A stretch of DNA of 63,646 bases, counting the filler, from Dimorphilus gyrociliatus (lineage: Eukaryota > Animalia > Annelida), in the NCBI GenBank assembly GCA_904063045.1. It is 5 parts of 5 records of this genome, joined end to end, with 100 filler letters (N's around TTAATTAATTAA, not from the genome) between each part and the next. Parts side by side here need not be neighbours in the genome. Positions count along the whole stretch, not along the records: positions 24,061 to 42,698 come from CAJFCJ010000204.1; 4 more parts are not named here. One strand, written 5' to 3'. Made by a program: the position numbers and the translations under genes. Positions 25,674 through 39,674 of this stretch are shown here, in pieces; position 1 is the stretch's first letter; every line of letters starts with the position of its first letter. The notes below the pieces were generated by a model. That model did not search any database and was not told where the DNA came from. It saw only the letters and a list, made by a program, of their open reading frames with translations.

Positions 25674-28217
25674 ATTATTTAGATTTCATATTTTTAATTC
25701 AGAATTCAAATATCATCACTTAAAGATGCTTATAGAATCGAATGTAATGATTAATTTGTAAAAAACAAAATTAGGCTTAAATACACTTATAAAATTTCGT
25801 TCAATTTAGTGTCAAATTTGTTTAATGAATCTTTAAAAAAATTTTGAATTTATCTCAAATTTTCAAACAGATATGTGAAACTGATAAGAAAAAATTTAAA
25901 TATGGTATAAGAATAGAAATAGAAAATATAATCTTTGATCATCAAATACAAAGTAGTAAGGAGAGTGTTAAAAAATTGGCAGTGTTTTTGGAAAGCAAAT
26001 TGAAATGTCTTAATAAAATTTAGTGGACATAATTATTAATAAGTTTTGTCTCTAAACATTTTACACAATTTTTTATCTGTAAACCAAACTGTCTTTACCT
26101 TGTCTACTGCTTAAAATATGACTTTAATGAGTATCTCTCTCTGTTTATGTCCAAAAACTGTAATGTAAAGTTACAAATTGTCAATCGTAAATTCCTCTTT
26201 TACCATAAAAATTATAAAACAGTTATATAAAAAGTCAAAGAATTTCTGAGGAGAAAACCATCCCCCTTTTATCAGAATGGCATTGACATACTACTGTCCT
26301 AATGATAGATGTATATAAACAATGGAGGAAACTATTAAAATATAAAATAGTTAATTATTCTAGAGTAGACTATAGGCTGAAATATTACCTAATATTTTAC
26401 AAAAAGACATTTCAGCCTACTTTGTTTCTAATATTTCAATGATGCAAAAGTCCATCCAAAAAAATTTAAACCCATCTTTTACGTAAAAAAGATGTTTCTG
26501 TAAAATTCTAAATTCTAGATCTTAGATATCTCTATCAGTTAACAACTTTACAATGGTTATAGATAAAGAAAGCAGTGATTAAACTGTTGCTAAAGTTGTG
26601 TTTTTTGGGTTGGGGTGAACAATTCTTCACTCTTTTTTTTTTGATATGCTAGGAGGATCCCCTTTATGATATAGGATTAACACAATTTGGATAAAATGAA
26701 AATTGAACAGAAGAAATGAGGAAAGAAATAACATTCAAAATATCATATCTTATCTCAATATAGTAGAAACACTGATATCTAAACAAAACAAGATTGAAGT
26801 ATTTTTTAAGAGTTTTCTAGTAATTAAATAGAGGAAATTATTGAAAACGGACTCAAAAACACTGAAGCCATGGCTGCCTTTGGAATAGTATTCAATCTCT
26901 TTCTAATTCTTCTATTTTCTTCAATCTGTTCAAGTTTTTCTCAAAGTAAGTTAGTTTATTTCAAATTTTGTAAATCTTTACTTGTTTTCATTAAACAGTG
27001 GAGAGAAGCATTCCTTGCTATCGTCATCGATTTTTTTCTTCCATTCATTTCTTTTATGATAATGTCAAGAGAGTTCAAGTGACACTCCACCCTGAGGATA
27101 AGAATTATCATCAACAGATTAATGTTTGTATCCCAATTATATAATTTATACACTTAAACTTCAAGTAGGATACAATTATTAACAACAGTTGAACAAATTA
27201 TTACAGATTCCCCACTTCATCAGTGATACATTAGAGAAGTATCTATATCTAACATGCACTCAGCCGGAATCCCAGTCTATATCAGTAAAAGCTAATAGTC
27301 TTTTACAAGTCTATTGGGAATATTCAAGAATTTCAAATTGCATTTGTAAGAAAATGGTTAGGAGAAGGCCAATTGTCAAAAATTGCAATCTCTTAAAACA
27401 GAAATTTTTGAATGATCAGCAGTTTATAGAGAGTGATTTGGAAAAAGATTTCAAGAGAATTTTTCAACATTCATTTGCATTAAAATTACAACACAACAAT
27501 GAAATTTTATCAATTAGTAACTACATGGAAAAATTACTTATAAAGATGAAATTTTCATTGGATTACTCTCAAGAAACCAACACTTTTGAGGGAAAACTTA
27601 GCAGAAAGCTAAACAGAATGGAGTTTGAGAGTGACATTGTAAGTGTTTAGTTTTTTTTATCTATATAAGAAAGAGGTATTTTATTATTTCCCACTTTTAC
27701 TGAAATAGATCAACAAATACGAATATGCTTTAGATATACTTCATAATGTATTTCACATCATTCATTCAAGGAGATATAAACTATTTAAAAAATCAAGAAA
27801 TACTACAGCTTTCATATCTCATTTTGAAAGTGTTATCATTAAAATGAGGAGTCATGTGAAAATGCCACCCTTAATTCAAAATAAACCAAACAGCCTACCA
27901 GATTTATTAATCGTTTTGAAGGCAACAACCAAAACTCTACAGAGGGCTTTTTCTCATGTTGTAGAATGTTAGATTGTGTTATTTTATTGTCTTAATTTTC
28001 CTTGTTTTTTGATCATTTTTTTAAAGTTTTTTGTAAACAAATATTTAAAATTTGTGAGAAATAATTTATTTTTAATAAATATTCCATTTTTGTTTCTATA
28101 AAACTATCTAACAGAGAAACTGATTAAGCTTATCATTTATTGATAATGCTGCTTAATAGTTTCAGTCTTGTTTCACTCTGATTTCCTTAAACATTAACCA
28201 TTTGATGTCATCTCTCA

Positions 28218-28220
<3 letters not shown>

Positions 28221-28257
<37 letters not shown>
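28221..28257. repeat. (CT)n microsatellite
   Basis: Uninterrupted CT repeats at 28221-28250. Confidence 0.95.
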
Positions 28258-29757
28258 GGATCTATTTCATTCTTAGCGATGTCCTTTCTTTATGTCGTTA
28301 TTTTAAGGCTAAAGGCAGTCTTTTTTTACTCTTGCACTTTTTTCTTTGGTTTTACCATAAATTTAAACCAAGATCAAGTTTAAAATCTGATTAATAGGGT
28401 CCAGCCATTTTCATTCCTGGAATTCTTCTACCATATTCTGCAACTAGCTGTAAATGTACATTTTTATATGTTTTTAAAGCTGTAAAACCTGATAGTGAAG
28501 TGGAAGATTTTGAACATAGTGACATTATGATACTGTTGTCTACGTAAAAGATCTCGTATCAAATAATTATTCTTTTAGTAATGGATCCGATGATATTATT
28601 GTTTGTAGTGGAGCATCAATCAGTCAATGTTTTAATTCTCAGTTTTCAGCTAACTCCTTCTAATCAATGTTGAGTACAGGCCATTGCTTTATCACTTTTA
28701 CACTAGTAAGCCTATTTTATATCAAATCTGTTATGATATAGATGGCCAACTGGACCAATTAACTTTCTTCCCATCGTGAACATCACGGTTGAAGGAATTC
28801 TTAAAGACAATTATTATATGCCCGAGATTAAACTAACAGTTGATAGCGAAGTATTAATAATTAAACCACATGTGATAATTCTTTCAAATGAATGGAATAA
28901 TAATGAAAATCAAAAAGTTATTGAATTTGGACAATATTCTCCTCTATTACTCAAAAATTCTATTGAAATCTCTTCTAAAAACCATCCTGAAACACTAGAA
29001 ATTACTATATTAAGAGAATTATTAATTAAGAGTATGTTGACAAGGTAGAATTCTAGGGTCATTTTCTAGCCAAGATTCCACATCTAACATAAAACTTCTT
29101 CATTGCCAATAAGGTAGCTTAAGTCAGCCATTTTAAATTATCTTTTTCGCATTTATTTGACTGTTCTGAATCTATTACACTACATTTTATCAATCAATAA
29201 GCTCTTCTAATAGCGGCTGTATAGACAAAATATCAATAACGAGTGCAGTCCATATTTTAGAAATACCCTTATTACAATATTTACTGATTTTAAATTTCAT
29301 ATAATTGACATAATATTAGAATTAACAATTAGTGAATTTCTCAGGTTGGAGAGTTGCATAAGATGTAACAATTTTAGTAGGACAAGCCCAACAATAAAGA
29401 AAACATCTGGATTGTATATTTAACTGTTTTTATATTCTACTTTAATAATAATAATTAATTAGATGCTAATTACAAGATCTGTCTATAGTTTAATAGAATT
29501 TGTTAAAACATCCTTGAAGAATAAATTCAATAGGCCTATTTATCTAAGTCAATATTTTGTTAAAAACTTCACTAAGTATTTATTAAAATGAGCTTTATTT
29601 ATTAACTTTAATATTGAGGTTAAGCACCAAAAGAGAATTTATATTTCTAAGTTTTAAACATTCTACTTGGATCATGGACACTGTAATTCTAAAAAGAAAA
29701 ATAGAACTATTTTCGATAAGCTTAAAAAATTACAAATACTTCCTCATTAGATAGAAA

Positions 29758-31476
29758 ATGGTGCACGACTTGAAATTTTTGACAATACAAGTTATTGTAG
29801 ATTATTTAAATGAATTAAAAGAATATTGTAAACAGAGAAACTATAAAATTCCATCAGATATTGGTAAAATAATATTTAAATATGCAACATACAGCAGATC
29901 ATTTCGAAATGGTGGCGAATTCTTTTCATCAAGATATACTCAGTTAAAGAAGATTGATTTATATAATCATAATTCATATTCAAATGATTGGAAATTTTTA
30001 AATAATCATTTCATTGAAGAATTAATTTTGGTAAATTATTCAGAAGATTCTATTAATGATATTCTATTAAACATAGATACTGAACACTTAAAAGAATTAT
30101 ATATCTATTCAACTGTAAATATTACATATAATTTTGAATTGTTTAAAAACATGAAATTGCTGACAAAACTCAATATTTTCAATATTTTTGGTATGAATGA
30201 ATTACCAAATAACAAAGCCAATTATACAAATCTTTTGGAAGGATTAAATCAATTAGAAGAAATGACAATCTATTCAAATACAGAATTAATTAACTGTGTT
30301 CAAAAGAGAGAAAATACTCTTAAAACATTAACTATATTTTTACAATCTGTAGAAAGTTTTCAAAATTTACTACTTTCAAAGTTTAAACAATTGGTACATT
30401 TACATTTATACATAAATTTACCTATTGATAGTGAAAGTTTTAAATGTTCACAAATATTTTTGGATAAGCCTACATTAGAAAATTTAAAAATTTTCAATTT
30501 GGAACTCTATATGGGAAATTTTGACAATGAATTAAGGTTTACATCAAAAATAACAAAATTCTTTTACTAATTTTATATTTTTTTTTCAGATATTTTATTG
30601 AAAATCATCGTCATTTACAATTTGTTTTTGTATTGAAATCCGAATTATTGGAAACTGATTCAAAAAAGCAGATTGAATTTTTAAAAATTCACCAATCACA
30701 TAAGATTTTATTAAGCGATTATTTCTTTGTTAGTTTTATTTTTTTTACCATTTGGTCAAATAGGCTTAACTAATAAAAATTACTTGTTATAGGACACATT
30801 ACAAGATACAAGAAGTACCAAATTTTATATAAAAATCTATGAAAATAACCTTGATTGGTGTTATACTAATTGTTATCTATCTTCCCTGTTGGAATGTATT
30901 AATGAAGCTAACTATGATAATAAAGTTGATAGAGATTTGAAAAAGGTATAGTAAAAAGAGATAATTTAAATATTTTTCAGTGTCAAAAGTAATTTTTTAA
31001 GGATATAGAAAAAATTTTTTTCCTCTCTTTAGATATGTCTATCAATTTTTAATTACAATAGAAAACTAATTGAAAATTGCCCTCAAAGAAGTTTTCCTGA
31101 ATATGAATGTCTCTTTTCAAATGAAAAGTATGTACTTGTTCAAAAAATTTTATTAAAAATTTGCAAAATCAATGATGAAAGATTTTGGATTGAAGCAGTT
31201 ATCTTTCTTGTAAGGATGACGAAATTTTTTAGATATTTTTATTATTTATCTGTAAAGAATTCTCTCAATATTTTATCTGATGTATTATCGTATTATCCTG
31301 AAATGATTGAACAATTATTTCATAAACATTTGAATCTTCCAAAATCTGATGAAATAAACTGTCTATCATCATTTTCATTCGGTGATGTTCAACAACATTT
31401 TCAAAAGTTAAAACTTACATTTCAGTTTATCAAACATCGTTTGGATTATTCATATGTATGGCTTCCCTTAGATTAG
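29758..31476 (+). CDS. Multi-exon LRR protein with helical C-terminal exons (ZYG11/ZER1-like architecture, unconfirmed)
   Basis: Repeated LxxLxL units (LKKIDLY, LKELYIY, LTKLNIF, LEEMTIY, LVHLHLY, LKIFNLE). Further AT-rich exons follow after short introns. Confidence 0.45.
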
Positions 31477-34400
31477 AACAGCATGAGCCACTGAGTTTAT
31501 TCTAATTTTTATGTGTTGAGTTCATTTTATTATGACATTATTTGCTTACCAAATTGATAATTAATACATAATTATATAGTAAGACATAATTAATAAGGTT
31601 CTTTAACTGCAAAATTCTGACATATTTAAGTTGAAGCCGGATTTGGAAAAATATATCAAGGCTAGGTTAGTGTTTGGGTAAAGCTTCAAATTCATCAATA
31701 TTTTCCCACTCATTCTTCAAGTTTTCATCCTCTTTTTCTACATCTGACTCTGAATAAAAGAGACTTTTTCTCTTGTTATGATACTAGATCTGGTTCTGTT
31801 TCCCATTGAAGAATACTCCATTCCCTTTGGTAAGTTGTACTGGACAGTACTTAGAACAACCTTTAGCTCTTCAGAGATTTTAAGTTAGGTTAGCCTTCCT
31901 CTATCTATTTCAGAAATTTTCTCCCTCATTTCAAGGCTTATCTTCCCCATTAGGAAACAGAAAACTAATTAATATAGCCGGGGAATCCAATGGCGTAACT
32001 TGCACATATTCTTCCTCATTTCAAGGTCCAAACTTTCAATTTGTGTGTCACTTTGCTCTGAAACCTTTCTGGATTGATTGCAATGATTGGTCAGCTTTCT
32101 GCTCAAATTCAAATTACAAGGAACATTAGATGGAGATTACTTTTGCAAAGACCTATGATGTGATAGAGTTCTGCACTACTCAGACAATAGTTGATTCTTC
32201 AACATCAATGAGAGCTATGGGAACTAATCCAACCAGGGTTTACCAGATCAACATTTTAACAACATGTTTGTTGCTTCAAGATGGTGATAGATCTAGTTTA
32301 TCTAAAGCAAAATTTGAAGCAGAATTATATATATCTGGAAATTCAAGAAATATTGGATTTAAAGAAGCTAATATTTTTGCATTAGAGAATGAAAATGGCA
32401 CGAGAATTATGTCTCTAAAATGTCTAATCCTATTGACTTACCTTTATTAATCAACTCTCTCAGTAGTGGAGAAAGAAGACAAGCTTATAAACACTGTTTC
32501 TGATTATGTAGGAGCTAGCTGTAGTGAGTGCATCAAGTTCAAGGTCAACTTTTGAATGTAGCAAATCACTAGAACGAGATATATTTCATGAAATTTCAGA
32601 GTCCAAATTGCGATGCGAGTGACTCATTTAAAGGGTCTTGTATAAATCATTATATTGAGGTAACACTAGCATTTCCTGCAGAACCCAAACTACTATGCCT
32701 ATCAAATGGGTAATTTATCATTATTAATACCATAAAAATACATTTTTTGTTGTTATATCCGCCATTTTTATACTCTTGACAACAGATACACATTTCCAAA
32801 TAGAATTAAAACTGTTAAAGTTGAATGGAGTTCAGGATTTTTTCAGACAGTAAACCTTCCAAATGTTGACCAAAGATTATGCTTTAATTATACAAATTCT
32901 TTTGGAATTGAACATGGACTAAAACTTACAATTATGGATGTTTATATTGACAAAAATGTTGGATTTCAATATGTTCATGTGTTTGTAGAAGGTTAGATTA
33001 ATCTTTAGCTTAAGGTAAAGGTTAAGGTTAGTGTTTAATAAAATATTCTCTCTATATAGATTCTTCAAGTCGGGTATATTTAATTCAAACAGAAAATTTA
33101 GTTAAAGTGCACAAACATTCCACTCCTTTAAGACCATGTTTCCATGAAAGGTTTAGAGTTTGTAACAATTACTGATATATCTTTATCTTAAAGTATAACA
33201 TAGTATCAATTGCATATTGTGAAAAAAAGAGATAACAAGTAGAAAAAAATCTATTTAAAAGTGTAGAAGTCACTGCCTTTTGTTAATCATTAATGTGTTC
33301 TGATTATTTATTTGAACAGAATTCCTTAATGTTATACTTTTATCACTAGCTATGCTCCGAAAAATAATTTTATAAGTTTATTGCTCGTGATTGAGGTGGA
33401 CATGAAATTTGCTCCTGATTCTCATTTGTAGATTTCTTGTGTTGGTAGAATATTATAGAATCAACACTGACAATAAACTTTTCACCTTGATGAGTGACTA
33501 TAGTCCTTTGTAAATAGTACTAATCTTTAAGAACCGTTGTCCTGGAGTATTTATTATCAGGGATGTTGATCATTTGTCCACTTGATCCAGTCAGGGCCAA
33601 CAGAAAACGTCCACTTATGATTAAAAAGCATTTTTAAATAGGATTAGACAAAATTAAATGGCTTTCGAATGAGTATTAAATATTGTATAAATGAGTTATT
33701 ATAATTTACTTAATTGATTAAATAATGATGATCTAAGAATATAAACACTATGCAATTGCAAGTAAAAAAGTTTATTTAAGAACATTCTATTTCAAATGTC
33801 ACCAACTTTGAAGTTTTTCCAAATGGAAAAAAGCTCTTTTTGAATTTTTTTGTAGACTTTCTTTGCATTCTCAATATCTTCCTTTCACTAAATTATTTTT
33901 CTCTCTTTAGTTCATCGAAATGTCTTTCTTCAAAAATCCAGATAGTCTGAAAGTTGACATTATTAGATTCAGCTGGTCTATTTTTTTGCCTGTTCTAGTT
34001 GGCTACTTCTTCAATTTAAATTCGATTTTCCAGGTGAATATTTTAAAAGAATGTCTGATACAATTCTTTTTCCAGATGATTTTATATCATTTGTGCATTT
34101 CTCCTTGATATTGTTTCTTATTATAATGTGTATATATAATATTTATACGATTGAGAGGAATACATATAGTTTTATATCATAGAAAAGGACAACTCCTCAG
34201 GCTAAATAGATTAACAAGAACTTTTTAAAAAATGCAATATGTACTCTCTGGAGAAAGTAGGTGCAACTGTACTCTTGTCAAAAGAAGTCTTCTAGTAGAA
34301 TTTAATCAATTTGAGACAAAGAAAAGAAAAAAGAACATTCTGGAAGAGTAAGAGATCTAGTTGAAACCTTTTTTCAAAGTTTGTGTAAGATTAGTGAAAC

Positions 34401-34738
34401 TATTAAAAATTGAAAAATGTCTTGTCTAAAGAAGAAAAACTCAAAGAAATATCCAATTTCCATTTTGTCATAATTAACATAAAACATTAATAAGCCTTTT
34501 AAGATGAATATTTAACAAATTTATCATCGAATATTAAAAATTTACAGAAAAATAATATTTTGCATTATGAACTTATTACTCATGTTAATTAGTTCACTTT
34601 TTATCAGGTGTAAAGTTGTTTTTCTGTTTGACAAGTCTCCAGTAAAGGTGACAAAAAAAAACAAATAATAAACTAGCCAATATTATATCATAAAGTTAAG
34701 GTGAAGGTCAGGCTTGTTGAAAATTGTAGATGTTATGG

Positions 34739-35647
34739 TTAACTGTTGCTATTAGTTGTAGCATATATTTTTAATTTAAAACAATTTTTCAAAATAAGTT
34801 TTATATGAGAATTACTGATGAGTACTATAAGTGAGTTAGTAATAGTGGGAAAGAGTACAATATATTGCAGAATAATCAATTTTCTAAATGATACATTTAA
34901 AGCTGGAGATATAGTGCTAAAAATACCAATATAGAGTATCCATAATAAGACAACTAAGGTTAATTTACAAAATGTTGCCTTAGAAGATTTAGAGATGGAT
35001 TGAGAAGAATGTAATTGATTTTCCATAGATCTTGCATGCTTTTTAGCCAATTTCAATGTAAGAAAGTGAAATGTTATAGATGGTAGAATTGGACCAAAAA
35101 AAAAGAATAAAAATACAATAAAAGAATCAATATCTATTGAAATGTAACCATAACACATTGTTGACCTCTTATTTGGCTTTATGATAGGGTAAAAGGAGAC
35201 CAATAAACCAAACATATTTACAAGAATTGTTATTAGTATCTTACTCTTTGAATGGCAATAATAATTGTACTTAAAAGGAAATTGTATTGACAAATATCTG
35301 CTAACAAATAGGCCTAGAAAGTTGATTTGACAAAGAATATTTCCTATACCAGGAATTATTATTGAAATAATACAAAGTGTTGGTGAAAGATTAAAAAGTT
35401 TTCCATAAAGATAAAGTATATTACCATGTAAAAACATTATGAGCAATAAAAGCTGATTCAGCATAAGGAAAAAGATAAAATATCCACAAGATTCTCTAAC
35501 AGATTCAAATTTTAAAAATAGAAAAATAACTATTGTTGTTAGTGTTAATCCAGAAATAATGATTATATAAGTTATAGTATTTAGAACAACATTTTCAATT
35601 TCATTTAAATCATATTTAATAGAAAATCCTACTGCAGTTAGATTCAT
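34739..35647 (-). CDS. Intronless rhodopsin-class GPCR
   Basis: Seven hydrophobic segments in 302 aa, the DRY-equivalent SRYLSIQFPFKY, and TM7 PTITNSLIV. Confidence 0.8.
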   Translation of the reverse strand: MNLTAVGFSIKYDLNEIENVVLNTITYIIIISGLTLTTIVIFLFLKFESVRESCGYFIFFLMLNQLLLLIMFLHGNILYLYGKLFNLSPTLCIISIIIPGIGNILCQINFLGLFVSRYLSIQFPFKYNYYCHSKSKILITILVNMFGLLVSFYPIIKPNKRSTMCYGYISIDIDSFIVFLFFFFGPILPSITFHFLTLKLAKKHARSMENQLHSSQSISKSSKATFCKLTLVVLLWILYIGIFSTISPALNVSFRKLIILQYIVLFPTITNSLIVLISNSHIKLILKNCFKLKIYATTNSNS

Positions 35648-36539
35648 AGTATCTTTATGATTGTAATTTAAGGATAGAGCTCCAGTTATACCAGTTATAT
35701 ATTCATATATATATATATATATATATATAATATCCAGGATGCATATTTGATCACAAAGAGTTTATTTTAAATATTAAAGAAAATGCTAAAGCTTTCTGTT
35801 TGTTTTAGTATATAATACAGCATTGAGTAGTTTCATATAGTCATTAAACAATACAAACATATATAGCGATATTTGAAATTCTTAAATTAAACTGTTTCTC
35901 ATTTATTAGATCAATATAGGTTTCTTCTACATTTTCAAAGTCTGAAAGAGGCAAGAAGAGGTTGTAACAAACTTCCTTATCTGTAGAAAAACAGGTATTG
36001 AAGTTTCATCATCACAGTGTCATCTGTTATTTATGTAGCAGCAACTAGAGTTTTTACATTCATTTTTAGTAGTTTCATCTGATCCACGTTTCATTATTGA
36101 AATATTGCGGTATATTTGAGGTACAGTTACATCATCTGTTAAAAGAATATGAAAACATAATTGTCCTTCAATTATTTTGATGTTGTGAGTAAAAACAAAT
36201 TAAAATGTTACTTGCATTGGGCTTCTTTTACTACAATAATTTTTATATTCTTCAATGCTTATGACTAAGTAGTCTGAGTTTATTCAAATGTAATTGTATT
36301 TCTGGTGTAAGTTTTTGAAAAAGAACATAGATAAATGGTATATAGTAGCATAGTATAAGCATCAAATATAATGAAAGTTGTAGAGTAGAGAGCTATTTTC
36401 TATATATTAATGAATATTCTATTGAGTATATTCAAGAAGTGAAGAGAATAGTTTACAAACATTTAGAGTAAAATACGTTTGTTTAAAAAAAAGGCGAAAT
36501 TTAAGAGAAGAGTAACAGGTTTTACTTAATAAATATTGC

Positions 36540-36900
36540 ATTTATCATTTCAGTAAACTTTATTTGCCATAAACGCCTTGTAATTCTTTGTTATTAATTC
36601 AAAATTTACAAGAGAAAATGTACAATATTGAAGAATATATCTGTTATCTTTGTACTTTTTAACCATTTTTCTTACAATATGGAAACTTGCCAATTTAAAA
36701 AAATTGGAAATTGTGATAGTAATAAATTTGCTACTTCAAAATTTACAGATTCTCTTGGATATAATGACAATTAACAGAAGATGTTAGAATAACATATCCA
36801 AATCAGGAAAAATCTTGGAATACAATTAGACCAGGTGAAGCTTGGATTCAAGTTGATTTGGGTTAGTATAATTTCTGTTGTAGTTGTACAATGTCTTAAA
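36540..36900 (+). pseudogene. Truncated paralog of the F5/8C gene at 40444
   Basis: Closely similar at nucleotide level to 40370-40740. It has an indel/stop (gacaattaacagaagat versus gacaatagacctgaatat), and the downstream exons are absent. Confidence 0.75.
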
Positions 36901-37558
36901 ATAAATAAAATAAAATAAAAACAGATTTAACAATTGATCATAAAGGATTTATCAACACAAACATATAGTTGTTTACATAACGTGACACGCATGTTTGTCA
37001 TACACAATTCTTTTCTAGGAATTAGAGCCCAGTCATTGAAATATAACAACTGACAAAGAAATCTATTACAGATAGGGTTCGTGTGGCAATAGTGATTCAG
37101 CTCTGAGTAAACTCACTTAGCCATCAGATCTATATTTATTTCCCTACAATACTTCCAAGCAGCTTACTCATGAGTCATATTTGTTTAGACAATTACTAAC
37201 CTACAATATCACGACAAGAGAGTTTAACACCAAATATTTTGTGATGTCTAAAATGGCAACTTCTAGAAGAAACACAGTAAATTAAAAAAAAGACAAATTA
37301 GTTGATAATTTAAAAAAGCATTTATTAATATATGTTCAAATATCTAAAATATGAATATTTTTATATTTTCAAGGTGGCTATAAATGCTCAACTGATATTA
37401 TATAAACACACAATTGTGCATGAACAATTGCAACTTTTACTTTTTATAGAATAAATAGTAAATAAAACTTCCTTTGAAAAAACACTCTGCTCACTTGAAC
37501 AGTCAAACTGTTTAGAAAATAAAAATAGAAAATATTACAACATTCATTGGCACACTTT

Positions 37559-38170
37559 TTAGACAACAATTACGAGATTTTTGTCAATTCCGAATTGGTC
37601 ATTTCCTTGAATTAAGGAATAACTGTGACCTCGTTTTTCTGTCAGTTGCAATTTGCTGACAGCAAAAACATTTGCAATAGTTAAACATGCAAATAAAATA
37701 ATAAAGTAGAAACCTTCTCCTCTGTTTTCAAACTCTACTGTTGTCTTAGTAAAAAAAGCTATTGGGCATGACAATGATACTAGGAAAGCACAAATGTTGA
37801 GAGCACTTATAAGATTTACAATGATCTTGGATGTCTTAAACTTGCAGAATAAAGCAATTGCTATAGCTAGTGACATGTGGACTAAAATTATAGCAGCTGT
37901 AAGAAGAGTTTGGCATGTTGCAAACCACTTATAATCTGTAGAGAAAGAACAAAATAAAAAGAGAATTATAAGATGGATGAGAGAAAAAATGAACTTACTT
38001 AAAAGATTATGATGATTATCAATACTTAAAAAAATACATCTCAACTCAAATTGATAATAAGCACATGTTCTAAATAACCCAATTGAGAGTTGAGTTTGTT
38101 CAGAAATTCTTAAATAGAGAATTGGTTGAAAACCAGCAATGAATCTAATCAAAATAGTTAATGATAGCAA
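37559..38170 (-). CDS. Intronless four-TM claudin/PMP22-superfamily-like protein
   Basis: First loop GLFRTC...RC, then WFATCQTLL and GEGFY, with four hydrophobic segments. Confidence 0.65.
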   Translation of the reverse strand: MLSLTILIRFIAGFQPILYLRISEQTQLSIGLFRTCAYYQFELRCIFLSIDNHHNLLSKFIFSLIHLIILFLFCSFSTDYKWFATCQTLLTAAIILVHMSLAIAIALFCKFKTSKIIVNLISALNICAFLVSLSCPIAFFTKTTVEFENRGEGFYFIILFACLTIANVFAVSKLQLTEKRGHSYSLIQGNDQFGIDKNLVIVV

Positions 38171-38275
38171 AATAAAGAATATGATTTTTTTTTGCAGTTG
38201 TTGTCATTCCAAATATATTCTCTGCTTTACTGTGAACTGAAATGCTCAGTTTGCAAGTCAAAAGAGGAATGAATA

Positions 38276-39672
38276 TTTTGACACAAAAATAAGCTTTTAT
38301 AGGGCACTAGACCAATATTCAACAGTATAGCAAGTGCTCAATACAATAAGACTTTTTGCTAAATGTATTTCTGTTTAATCTCATTGTTATAGTTAAGGAT
38401 TTGATTTATTGTGTTTAGTGCGTTAAAATATCTTTTGGCCTATATTTCGTACTAGGAGAGGTGAAAATAGCGCTTTAGGGGTTGTAAGTAAAATAATACA
38501 AAAAAATTCTATGAAGTGATTTTTATTTGTTTAAAAAACTATTCCATGCACCTGATTGAGTCATTTTTTTGGCCCAGGACATATTAATTGATAAATATGA
38601 CAATTATAACTTTTAATTTTGTTATTAAAGTGAAAGGAAAGTCTTAACTGTTAAAAATTTAGGGTGAAATAATAATATTTTTTAACAATTGAAATCACCT
38701 GATTTCTGTATTCCTTTCACTTGCATTATCCATTGATGATTCCATATTAATAGCAGTTTCATCATATTCTTGATGAATTTTACTCTGATGAAAATTATCT
38801 AGTTTCTTTAATTTAATAAATAATTTTTGTTTGCTGACATCATGACAATCAGGACAATAATCTGCATCTTAATATATAACTGATATGGCATTATACCTGA
38901 GAAAGTTGGAGAGTTTACTTACATTTTGAACATTTTGCATGATAAAAATGTCTACATAACTTGCATTTGAATTTTCTTTGTGCCCAATGAAATCTTAATC
39001 CACACTTACAACAGTTTTTCAAATTTATGTTGTGATTTCTATCAAAGCTTCTATGAAAAATGAAGAAAAGAAATATACTTTATGTCAAAACAGGACAAGG
39101 AAATCGTAAAACAATGTAAAATATACTTTTGAAATATAGAAAACTGGTATCCATTACTCTGAAAATATTTTGACTTTTATAATAATTCTTTTACATATCT
39201 GAAATTATTTTATTATATTATTATTATATTTTTTATTAATTTTACATTTCTTTGTTTTTTCATATTTATTGTAAATAATCAGTAATTAACCCAAAATGTC
39301 ACTGCACTGTGCAATTTCTGTCTCAGTCTTGTTGATCACCATTTGAAAAACACTTTAAAGCTGTCAAAAAAATAACTCTTTCTATTGAGAATAAAATATT
39401 TCACACTAAAAACATCTTAATGTTAAGGACAAATAAGGTATAATTACAACTAAATCAATACTATCCCTAAATAACTATTTTTGCCTTTGCTCTCCAAAAC
39501 AAAGGTCGAAAGATATTATACCACACAAAACATACTAATTCAAATCCTCAGCTATAACAATAGGATAAAACAGAAATAGTTGAAAAGTATTTAGCAAAAA
39601 GTCTTATTAAGAACTTGCTATACTGTTGAATATAGCCCTAGTGGTCTATAGAAGCTTATTTTTGTATCAAAA
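38276..39672 (-). mobile_element. Non-autonomous DNA transposon with ~205-bp TIRs carrying zinc-finger exons
   Basis: 38276-38482 is the degenerate reverse complement of 39463-39672. Internal minus-strand exons 38923-39028 (NLKNCCKCGLRFHWAQRKFKCKLCRHFYHAKCSK) and 38699-38867 (DADYCPDC...KLFIKLKKL) match exons 1-2 of the MULE at 3394. Confidence 0.8.
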
Positions 39673-39674
39673 TT

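Noticed and set aside
26373-26419. 11-bp inverted repeat taggctgaaat/atttcagccta
   Set aside because: It could be a Helentron/DINE-like sub-terminal hairpin, but no other diagnostic parts were found, so it is too weak to call.
34815-34860. CTGATGAG...GAAA inside the intronless GPCR
   Set aside because: It lies antisense to coding sequence, and no stems flank the core.
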